Positions 53,291 through 64,000 of a stretch of 64,000 nucleotides of DNA are shown in pieces (position 1 is the stretch's first letter; the number at the start of each line of letters is the position of its first letter). The position numbers and the translations under genes were made by a program. The stretch is from Octopus vulgaris (lineage: Eukaryota), in contig OX597818.1 of assembly GCA_951406725.2 (NCBI GenBank), forward strand, positions 119,474,001 to 119,538,000. Direction: 5' to 3'. The notes below the pieces were generated by a model that saw only the letters and a list, made by a program, of their open reading frames with translations, made no database searches and had not been told where the DNA came from.

Positions 53291-54760
53291 TATATACATA
53301 GATGTATCCACACACACATACAGGTGCACACACTCGCGCATATATGCGTATGTATATTGTAGCGCCAACGAGGTATTTTATTTGTATAAGCTTTTTATAT
53401 GCGCTTTTGTATAGCGAGGTTATTAAGTGCAGTTTTCTCGAGAGAGAAAAATGAATAATGGCAAAATTTATCAAACCAAAGATATTAATAACACCAATAA
53501 CAGAGGATGTGGGGCCACAATCCCTGACCTTCATTTATCATTGAACGAAAAAATTCTTTTGTTGCACTTGTCGGCAGATGAGCTACCATGGAGCCCACGT
53601 ACAGTGAAAGCATTCTAAACGTAACAAACCGTATTTTTGCGTATTAAAGAATATATTGTCTTGTGCTTCCGCACTTTTAGCAGACGTGCATACACACACA
53701 CACACACACACACATATATATTTGCATATATACGCACACGCATATACAGATATATATTTATATAAGCATTTATATATAGACACATGATGAAACCTCCTAG
53801 TTTGAATCATCCATTGTGTATTGTGTAAATATTGTGTGTATGTGTGTGTATACTGTTTATCAATTTAGTAGAATACCATACCATCTGCACCAATTGTGTT
53901 TTTGTTGAATTTTTTTCTATGATATATAAAATAAGATGCGCAGGCGTGCTTATGTGATCAATAAGGTCGCATTCTAACCACGTGTTTACAGGTCCAGTGT
54001 ACTTTATGTTTGCCTCTCGCCAGCACTAGACAACAGGTGCTGTTTGCTGACGACCCTTTTGTCAAAGAGACCGAACGAATAATCCCCAGTGGCATATAGC
54101 GGTTGCTGTATTGGGTATTCTGTCACACCCAATGCCACCAAATTTTAAGCAGGAGTATAACAAAAGCCTTCCATTGAGATTTGTGATTGAATTAACAATT
54201 AAGGCTGATATTTGCAATGAATTCGTCAGTTTTGATTGGTGTGCAGCGCGGAATATACCCCCACTGAGAAGCGCCAGACTTCAAAATAAATACTGCAGTT
54301 GATATGTTCGACTAAATATATCAATGTTGTGCTCCAGCAAGAGTGCTATCCGACTGAATCAAGTAAAATATAAAGCTTAAGAGAATACACAAGACATTTT
54401 CACAGCGATAAAACACTCGAAATTCATGCTTAAGAAGTATTTTGGATGCTAGCAATTACCAGGTGAGAAATTATATCTTCTTGAACATTAAGCGTTACTA
54501 CTTGATCGTTGATGAAGCTACTCCAGTTAGTTTCTCATTTTGTACCCTCAAAGATGTTGTGTGCACATATAAGATGTTTACGCGTGCCAATGTATTAAAT
54601 TCTCAACCAAAATGGACAGATATGTTTTGCAGTACTCTACAGCGTTACGTAAACAACTAAAATAAAGATAAATGCCTAGAGATTTTAATTGGCATCAGTA
54701 CTTTAGCTGTCTCGTACTTTTAATATTTTCAGATGGTTATTAAATGAAATAGCAAAACTA

Positions 54761-55327
54761 TTGGGTTGTCCGGAAAGTTCATGCCGATTTTTAAAGGAAA
54801 CAAAAAAGTCAGTAAATACTTGCCATTACATTTTAAATCAACCAAATATGAACCATTTTGTTGCACAATGCGTCTCCATCTTTCCTTTAACTTGAAAATA
54901 TCCTCTTCCCAGAATTGAGGTGGTTTCATGGCAAAGAATTCATCAAGGTATCTTTTTACATCATCCAAGGAATTGAAATTTTTACCATTAAGACTATTCT
55001 GCAGATACTTGAATAAGTGGAAATCCGAAGGAGCAATATCTGGTGAATATGGAGGGTGGAGTAACACATCCCAGCCGAGCATCAGCAATTTTTGTCTGGT
55101 TCCCAAAGCATCAAGTGCCGAAAATGAACTTTCTTATCTTCCATTTTAAAGGGTTACAGAATTAACACAGGTTATAAGAACATAAACCTTCTTCCACGAA
55201 AAGACAGCTTATACTGTGCTCTAAATGGAGGTGTAGTCAAATCTTATTTCATGCACTCAACCATGTTCTAAAGTAAGTTGAAAAGTAAGCTACTATAAAT
55301 CAGCATGAAACTTTCCGGACAACCCAA
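54761..55327 (-). mobile_element. Internally deleted mariner element (same family as 16100-16666)
   Basis: Same TIRs; LGWDVLLHPPYSPDIAPSDFHLF...ERWRRIVQQNGSY. Confidence 0.92.
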
Positions 55328-55759
55328 CTGTTTACGAAAATTGAACTATTTAAAAAAACTCTAATTAAAATCTGACAGAAAGATTATATTTACCACGAAG
55401 GATTATATTTGTTTTGAGTTGTTATCTTATACGAGGGGAAACTATTCTCTGAAGAATTACAACAATAATTAGAATAGAATATTTGGTAATATCGCGAACA
55501 GACATAAACCACAAACGAAATATAATGAAAACCATTCTGTTTTAAAAGAATCAATAAAATACAAAATACAGACTGAAATGATGGGTAGTGTTGATGGAAA
55601 GAAAGATAAACTGGAAATTCTAAGAAGCGGTGCTACATCATATAAATGCGCTATGAAGACAATATCTTATTTTGATGATTTATAAAGAAAATATATTTGC
55701 AGCGTTGAAGCAGACGATGAATATTTACACTCTACTAAGTGAAAAGTGTAGTATTCAAA

Positions 55760-56141
55760 GCTGAAATTAACAGATTCTTGAGCATTGCACAGGATGATAA
55801 AGTATATTCTAGAAATATCTATAGAACAGAAAACATTACGTAACTGCAGGCTATGCGGATGATTTAAAGAGACAATTTGTGAAATCCGTAAACAAATACG
55901 AGAGGACTAAGAGAATAACACAGCAGTGATATTCTAAAATATGCCAATCCACATAGGCAAGGGGGTCAAAGATAATCAACTAGGTATTGTAGTCACAACA
56001 TACAGAAAAACGAGAAAATTCTTAAGTTGAATATCAGTCCCAAACAAAGGATGATATGTGTCAGAAGGAAATGGACAAACTATCCGAATATAAACATCTA
56101 AGAATGTAGAGATCATTTCTATATGGGAATTAAACATTCCC

Positions 56142-56143
<2 letters not shown>
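55760..56143 (+). mobile_element. Very degenerate R4/Dong-like LINE fragment
   Basis: aatatgccaatccaca...gtattgtagtc...aaactatccgaatataaacatct aligns by eye to 56213-56440. Confidence 0.45.
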
Positions 56144-56212
<69 letters not shown>

Positions 56213-56213
<1 letters not shown>

Positions 56214-56690
56214 TGAAATATGCCAATACACACAAATGGAGAAATTAAGTCCAATAGGCCGGATATAGTTGTCAGAGATCACCAAGAAAAAAATGTTTTC
56301 TAATTGATGTATCAATATTAATAGATGACAATGTTTTTCTAAAAGAAAACGGAGAAACTTTCAAAATAATACAAACATCTGGGAATAGCGGTAACTCGAA
56401 TGTGAAGCTTAAATACAGAAACATTTCATATTATAGTAGGCGCATTAGGCATGATAAAATATCATTTAGACAAATACGTAACAAAAATACCAGGACTTAC
56501 AAGAATATATAACATACAGAAAATAGCAATACTAGGCTCCGCACACATCCTACTTAAAATACTTTCAACAGAGTGAAAATAAGAGCACCACAACAAACCT
56601 CAGCACACGCCCAAGGTACACAGAGCTGCACTCGGTAGTAATAAAAATAATAATAGTAAAAAAAATAATAAAAAATAAGACTACTGAATA
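56213..56690 (+). mobile_element. R4/Dong-like non-LTR element 3' fragment (restriction-like endonuclease) in (TAA)n
   Basis: MPIHTNGEIKSNRPDIVVRDH...FLIDVSI (PD..D motif); (AAT)n on both sides. Confidence 0.8.
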
Positions 56691-56699
56691 ATAATAATG

Positions 56700-56769
<70 letters not shown>

Positions 56770-56781
56770 TAATAATAATAA

Positions 56782-57140
56782 ATACCGGCAGATGACAACG
56801 TGTCTATAAAAGAAATGGAGAAACTTTCAAAATACAAAGACCTGGAAATAGAGGTAACCAGAATATGGAATCTGAAAACAGAAACAATCCCTATCATAGT
56901 AGGTGCATTAGGCATGATAAAAAAATATTCAGACAAATACATAACAAAAACACCAGGACTTACAAACACATATAACATACAGAAAATTGCACTACTAGGC
57001 ACTGCGCACATCCTACGCAGAACACTTTCCATACAATAACCATCAGAGCATCACAACAAATCACAGCACATACCCAAGGCACACAGAGCTGCGCTCGGTA
57101 GTGAAGTGAAAGCACGCTATAAAAATAAAACTACTGAATA
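56782..57140 (+). mobile_element. R4/Dong-like non-LTR element 3' fragment in (TAA)n
   Basis: IPADDNVSIKEMEKLSKYKDLEIEVTRIW...IPIIVGALG...QKIALLGTAHILRRTL* plus 3' UTR; (AAT)n on both sides. Confidence 0.88.
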
Positions 57141-57146
57141 ATAATG

Positions 57147-57204
<58 letters not shown>

Positions 57205-57464
57205 GTGCCTTCGGAATGATTAGATAATCATGTCAGCGCATACATTTCCAAAAGCACCGGACATACATTTATACGCTATGTACAGAAAATGCCTCATCTA
57301 GGCGCTGCATAAACATTACGCAGGCGACTTTCGACTGAATAGAAAACGAAATGCCACAAGAAAGACGGGAAAATAATACACGTCCCGCATGCGCACAGTT
57401 ATATTGCAAAATAAATAACGCAAGTATAGAATAAGACTAAATGGCAATAACTCTATAATAACGT

Positions 57465-57988
57465 CTTCAAATTTTGGGACTATGCCAATAATTTCGGAGC
57501 AGAGGATAATACAATTACATCAACTCCAAAGGTTAACGGACACTTGTTTTACTGATCCAGTAAAGATGAGAGGCAAAGTCGATTTCGATGATATTTGACC
57601 TCAGAACGTAAATGCGGACGAAATGCCGCAAAGCATTTTGCCTGGCATTCTATCGATTCTGCCAGCTTGTCACCTATTTCTTTACTACCTATTTCTTTAC
57701 TACAAAGTCGACCTCGGCGGAATTTGAACTCAGAACGTAACGGCAGACGAAATACCTATTTCTTTACTATCCACAAGGGGCTAAATACAGAGGGGACAAA
57801 CAAGACAGACAAACGGATTAAGTCGATTACATCGACTCCAGTGCGTAACTGGTACGTAATTTATCGTCCCCGAAAGGATGAAAGGCAAAGTCGACCTCGG
57901 CGATATTTGAACTCAGAACGTAACGGCAGACGAAATACGGCTACGCATTTCGCCCGGCGTGCTAACGTTTCTGCCAGCTCGTCACCTT
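57465..57988 (-). mobile_element. SINE family B cluster (degenerate copy plus partial dimer)
   Basis: Repeated aaagtcgacctcggcg..atttgaactcagaacgtaacggcagacgaaatac. Confidence 0.85.
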
Positions 57989-58599
57989 GATAGTAATACT
58001 AATAATTAAGCTTTATTGTGATGTTAATTACATTTCGGATCATTAGAAGTGAGGACAGTATTACGTACAGTAGCAGTACATTAACCACTAGAGGAGAATA
58101 AATAGAATTCCTTCGAGACAGATAACGTAGCGTCGGAACGACACCCAATCACAGTATAGACTCGTATGAAATATGCTTGAAAACACAATAATACAAATTA
58201 AACTGCTGTACATGTAACGAGACGAATATACTACGGAACATTAGCATACACCAGGGAACTACAAGATAAGGCTTAATATACACTAGAGAGCCATCAAGTA
58301 TGTAACAATAACAATAATATTGTAATAAATGCCAGAGAAATATTATTTGATTGCAATGTTTTGCAGAAACAAACAGAAAATCTAAGAAAAACATCAATAT
58401 TTAAATGAAGTATATTATGGCAATTAAGAAATGTTTTCCTCCGATTTATAATAGTACAAGTGACATTATACATAACATCTGTAAAGTCTCAAACAAATTA
58501 CCTGTATTTTTTCTCGTGATTACTTTTACTTTTCATCCATCAAGGTACAGTAAAATAAAGTAGCACTCAAGTAATGTGAGCTGTGATATCTACTCACAA

Positions 58600-58812
58600 C
58601 TTCCTTCGACTCTCTCGGCATCATCACAGTTCGTACCTTCCTTACTTTATCAATTTCGACTATTGACGCCAGTGGTAAGCGCAACGAGCCTTTTTTTATG
58701 ACAGAGAGCTGAGCTGTTCAATATCCGAGGTAGGCCTAGCCACTTTCTAATGAACACATTACGCTTTTGTTCAATGATTTGAACTCGTGACAGTGCTATC
58801 TCGTATATTTTC
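58600..58812 (-). pseudogene. RLE-type (HERO/NeSL-like) non-LTR RT C-terminal remnant
   Basis: IYEIALSRVQIIEQKRNVFIRKWLGLPRILNSSAL, then in another frame LPLASIVEIDKVRKVRTVMM.RES. Confidence 0.6.
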
Positions 58813-59413
58813 CCCTGGTGACCGCATAAACTTGTTAGCATCCGGTATGCGGAGCTTTCAACTGGTGGCACTTGCATCTGGAAATTGTTTGCAAAACATC
58901 AAAGTTGCTTGCAAAAAGATCGACTAAAACCTTCCTGTCGAAATTGCCAACCTCCTGCCTAATCCAGAAATAGTTATATGGCAAACTTACTTTTCTGTGA
59001 TGCTAAAGAAATTTAATTATGTTAAATTCAAACCTTCAATCTACCGTGTAGATGTCCTTCAAATGTTTCAGTTTAATCGCGATTTATGTCTAATCCGTCA
59101 AAGAAACCTATAATAAAAAGGATTTCAAGACTTAACAATTGTTTGTTATTGCATATCAGACTATATTATCCAATAAGCCACTCTTACATGATTTTATTCT
59201 GTGAGATTTTATGAAGTTTTGGCTGTAATTTCTAGGAGTTTCTCTGACCACTCAAAGTTTCTGACGCTTGTTACCATGTGGAAATTTCCTTGTTTATGTT
59301 TAAATTCGGGCCTTATCTAATGGAACAGTCCAAAGATAAAAAACATTCCAGCTGTGACTATCTGCCTTTTCGTATATGTGTTCCTTCTTTTATATAGACT
59401 GTAGTGCTCTAAG

Positions 59414-59659
59414 GCACTTTATTTCACGTTGCTCTAGTTCACTCAGCTGTAGAAATGAGTTGCGACGTCACAGGTGCCAAGCTGTATCGACCTTTGTCTT
59501 TCCCTTGGATAACACTGGTGGCGTGGAGAGGGGAAGCTGGTATGCATGGGCGACTGCTAGCCTTCCATAAACAACCTTGCCCGGACTTGTGTCTAGGAGG
59601 GTAACTTTCTAGGTGCAATCCCATGGTCATTCATGACCGAAGGGGGTCTTTACCCTTTA
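59414..59659 (+). mobile_element. 5'-truncated SINE (M2 + T3) with 11-bp target-site duplication
   Basis: agtgctctaag at 59403-59413 and 59660-59670; body homologous to 39636-39880. Confidence 0.88.
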
Positions 59660-60067
59660 AGTGCTCTAAGATATAGTGCGCATTCATCGATATTCGTTTA
59701 TAAGGATTTTCTATTTTCAAAATGGGAGGATTGTGTTGCAGAAAACTTATCTTTCATAAATATCTGTACAAACACACGTACACACACACACGCATACATA
59801 CATGTAAAAGTATTTATACATAGAAATATAAATGCATACATATATACAACATCTGTAAAGTCTCAAATAAATTAACTGTACGTTTTATGTTAGCTTTCCA
59901 TCCTTGACCTTCACATCTTTCTTCTATATGTGTTGCAAAATTACCCAATGTGGGTTTCACTCATCATCTCTAAGATAGTATAATGCGTCCTTCTCACTGC
60001 AAGAACGTATCGGTGCTCTACTAAGGGTGTTGGATGCTTTGTCTAGTAGCTTTCAAACGGTTAATGC

Positions 60068-60106
60068 GCGATTTGAGAGAGATTTGGTTGCTGTATCTAC
60101 CAGCAC
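60068..60106 (+). repeat. Core motif of an old dispersed repeat (gatttgagagagatttggytgct)
   Basis: Near-identical at 60489-60527; diverged matches near 18400, 46055, 59205 and 63835. Confidence 0.55.
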
Positions 60107-60153
60107 ATTCCTTCAAGACCGAAGCATTTTAGTATCAAGAATATCTGACCGCT

Positions 60154-60460
60154 GTGAAGGCGTGAAGATTAGAGGTAAGCTTATTCGGCTTATGGTGTCG
60201 ATTGCCAGTGGCACATTTTGTCTTTGAGCAATACACTTTATTTCGCGTTGCTCCAGGATACCCAGCTGACAAAAATGAGTTGTACTTGTATTTTTTGAAG
60301 GGTCAGCCTTGTTACAATCTGTGTCACGCTGAATTTCCCTACGAACTACGTTAAGGGTATGCGTGTCTGAGGAGCGCTCAGCCATTTGCAAGTTAATATC
60401 ACGAGCAGTTGTTCCGTTGATCAGATCAACTGGACAACCCATCGTCGCAACTGACTGTGA
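60154..60460 (+). mobile_element. SINE (head H2-like, middle M2, tail T1), degenerate
   Basis: gcaatacactttatttcgcgttgctccag (as in the 39636 family) followed by tgtgtcacgctgaat...aactacgttaagggt (as in the 14488 family). Confidence 0.75.
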
Positions 60461-61291
60461 ACTAGTTATCTGGCCACTATATCTTGTAGTGATTTGAGAG
60501 AGATTTGGCTGCTATGTCTACTAGCTCGAGCAACCGCTCTAAAGCACCGTCATTCTTTAACCTCATTTTAATCTTCGGTCATTCCTACGTGAATTTTCGC
60601 AATTTTTCACTGCTCACGCATTATATGCTTCGCTCATTGCTACGGTGACTTTTGCAAGTTTTCGCTCTCACGCATTATATTCTATAACAAAGGACACTGT
60701 GTATGAATATTATTTGGAATGTGGGTGTTTCCCGAGGGAGAAATAGAGGGGGGAGAGGGGAGGAAGAGAGAGAGAAAGAGGGAGAAGCTGGAAGTTGTTA
60801 TAAAACTTTGCAGTTAAATATTATTAAGCTAATTAAGAAAACAAATTATTATGAAAACTCCTGAATTTCTCTCCGAAAAGCTGAATAAACAAAAGGGGAA
60901 ACAAAAAATGAGAAAATATAAATAAATATTAATACGAAAATACAGCAAAATAAACCGAACTAAATGATAAAGAAACAAAACACACACACATATTCACACG
61001 CACATACACATATATATTCACGCACATATATATACATATCTATTTATGCGTAATATACATATATATATATATATATACATACATACATACATGTATATAT
61101 ATACATATATGTGTGTGTATGTGTGCGTGTCTGTACGTGCATCTGTGTATATATACATATATATATATGCATATGTATCATGCATGCATATATTTATATA
61201 TGTGTATATATGTATATAGATAGATAGATAGATGCACATATATATATATAAACAGATATATGTAATTTATGTATGAATACACACACACATA

Positions 61292-61331
<40 letters not shown>

Positions 61332-61871
61332 GATATATGTTACAAGAAGAAAATATATATAATGTATATATGATGATACGTTATATGATTTTAAAGTAAT
61401 TTGATTGGCTATTTCTACTAATTTTACCACGTCAGTCTACAGCTTACAAATCTTTTAGATATATCTGCTAAGCCAAAGGTTATATCTGATCAAGGAAGCT
61501 TGAGATAAAAACGCTTTCATGCACTAACAATTCCCTCTTTTTTATAGATCAGAAACTACACTGAAAAGCGTATCCTTTCTTTGAAGACTTGTATATACTG
61601 AGATCATGACTCGCATGACTATTCGTATATTCCCCGAGTACTTTCAAACAAATATGTATTGATGTCGAACTTTGTTTGGTATTGACACACATACAGTAGG
61701 TTATACAAATTCAGATTCACACACATAAATAGACATATGATTTATAGATTGATTCTATTCCGCATATGCATATCAATGTATATTCATGTACATACAGCAA
61801 TGTACATATATAAACGCACTCATAGACACACAAGCACACACACAAACACACACACACACATACACACACAC

Positions 61872-61908
<37 letters not shown>

Positions 61909-62279
61909 AAGAGAAGAGAGAGTGGGAGAAACAGACAGACAGAGAATTCTCTAGATATGTTTGTCTGTAAGTCTATGTATCTATATATACTGACTATTTT
62001 GAATACTTTAAACACATCAATATATCCGTGTAATGAGCATGTATATATGTATGGGTACATACATATATGTAATGTTTTTGTGTATGTGTGTAAGCATATG
62101 TATACATATGTACAGAAGCGGCTCTATATATTCATATACATGTTAAAGGGAGTAAGTGCTTAAGACTACAAAACACCCAGAGTACTGAGTCAAAACATCA
62201 AACAACATCCATGTCGTGTTCGTGAGAATTATGGAAGCAACTGTCCAAATTAAGAGAGAGCTATTGAAATTTCTAACAG

Positions 62280-62665
62280 TGGTGGTTGCTTACGAACCAG
62301 ATGGTTCTGGGTTCAGTCCCACTGCGTGGCACCTTGGACAAGTGTCTTCTACTATAGCCTTGGGCCGACCAAAGCCTTGTGAGTGGATTTCGTAGATGGA
62401 AATTGAAAGAAGCCCATCGTATATATGTATATATGTATGTGTATGTGTTTGTTTGCCTGTGTTTGTCCCCCCCCCCCCAGCATCACTTGACAACCGATGT
62501 TGGTGTGTTTACGTCCCCGTCACTTGGCGGTTCGGCAAAAGAGACCGATAGAATAAGTACTATGCTTACAAAGAATAAGTCCTGGGGTCGATTTGCTCGA
62601 CTATAAGGCGGTTCTCCAGCATGGCCGCAGTCAAATGACTGAAACAAGGAAAAGAGTAAAAGAAT
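62280..62665 (+). mobile_element. SINE family A, nearly full length
   Basis: Family A match. Confidence 0.9.
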
Positions 62666-63722
62666 CAGAAACGTCAACGACAAAGGCAAGCGCAAAGAAG
62701 GATAACTGGATTAACGCACTCAATGTGGGTGCAGACGAACTGCGTGACTGACAGCACGCTAGATGCTGTGGAATTCCTCTTTATTATCATAGAGGAAGTG
62801 TACACATTCCGTGTGGTATACTAAATTCTTAGGCACCTTATCTAATGCAGGGTCCCAGTACTGGGTAGCTAACTTCATCGAATTATCGTGTCAGTGTTGA
62901 AGAGAAGGATGCTACATTGTCACTCAATAAAAGGACAAGAGTACAGTAACTACTGTAAGACTACAAGACAAACCTTTTTCAGGATATCGTTGGATAAATC
63001 TTCGTCTGTGTGATCATGAACAGATTTTGTTATATGGTTGAAAATATATTCCCGACTCTCAATGTGGTTTTCAGATCAGGATGTTTTACAAATTACATAA
63101 TCTTCTCTCGTTGACAGCTACAGAGAACCTCAGACCCCAAACTCTACGTCGCTTCTATTGATTTCACATAGGTCTTTCATCCTTGTGAGTATTGATAGTC
63201 ACATCTAAAGAATCCACGATTAGATAGCTTGAGCATTCAGCACAGGGATGAATGGTATCAATTCATTTCACGTCTATTCTTCGGGGATATAAATTATCTT
63301 TAACGGAGTAGAGCAATGTTGTGTACTTGTTCACTACTTACTAAGCATTTATGTCTCCTTCATACTGAAGGGCGCGTTTGGAACAGCAATCTTCATAGTC
63401 TTCTCAATGTGTATGGGCTGAAGAGAAAACCCAAAGTATTCTCGTTGTTTGAAGGCTTCGCAAACCTTTTGAAGAGCAACTTTTGAAGAGCAACTTATGA
63501 ACAGCATGAATATATCCAACGAGTTAGACCAAGACACTGAGTAGTCCCTTATAATACTATCAATAATTACGAGGTGGAGTTAATATTATTTAACAATGCC
63601 ATCACGGCTAGTTCCACACTAGCCCTTGGGAAGAAGAGATTAATAGGTAGTACAGCTTCAACATAGAGTATACTGATAAAAAGTGTTTATGTGAACAACA
63701 GGCTGACGATACACATCGTTTG

Positions 63723-63804
63723 CATTCTGCAGGTACTTTATCCATTCTGCAGGTACTTTATCCATTCTGCAGGTACTTTATCCATTCTGCAGGTACTTTA
63801 TCCA
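63723..63804. repeat. 20-bp minisatellite, 4 perfect copies
   Basis: (cattctgcaggtactttatc)x4 with no spacers. Confidence 0.95.
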
Positions 63805-64000
63805 ATACTTCCTTTGTTTAAGACATTAATCTGTGATTTGAGTGAGATATCGATGCTGTTTCTGGCTAGAGGTGCGACCACGTAGACACTCCTCGTGATA
63901 CCCTGAGATACTTTATCCGTAGAGTAACTTGGAGACTCTGCTCCAGACAAGAGTGGTGATTTAACAGCTTGTAACATCACAGCATGTGATATGTTCTGGA

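Noticed and set aside
63723-63804. Regular 20-bp repeats as a CRISPR array
   Set aside because: No spacers, no cas genes and eukaryotic context; simple minisatellite.
62700-64000. Possible decayed recombinase or RT coding sequence
   Set aside because: No motif could be supported in any frame I read.

Overview
AT-rich animal genomic DNA, dense in microsatellites, with no recognisable host gene, rRNA or tRNA. The SINE families and repeat landscape suggest an octopus or other cephalopod (inference). Almost all ORFs in the track are microsatellite artefacts. The recognisable content is transposable elements. (i) One near-intact Penelope-like retroelement (RT, Cys-rich linker, C-terminal GIY-YIG; minus strand, ~5381-8733) sits between (TA)n arrays. 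(ii) There are many tRNA-derived SINEs of several families with shuffled modules. (iii) There are remnants of CR1/L2-group, L1/Tx1-like, HERO-like and R4/Dong-like LINEs, two mariner deletion derivatives, a DD37D-type Tc1/mariner element and MITE-like elements. The most notable signal is a set of about 8-10 minimal type-I hammerhead ribozyme motifs, found by manual folding. One is in the 3' end of the Penelope-like element. The others are in short non-coding elements, most of which end at (TA)n arrays, often the array carried inside a SINE. The motifs mostly have palindromic helix III, and the 3-8 core pair covaries (C-G, U-A and A-U). Coordinates of degenerate repeats are approximate.
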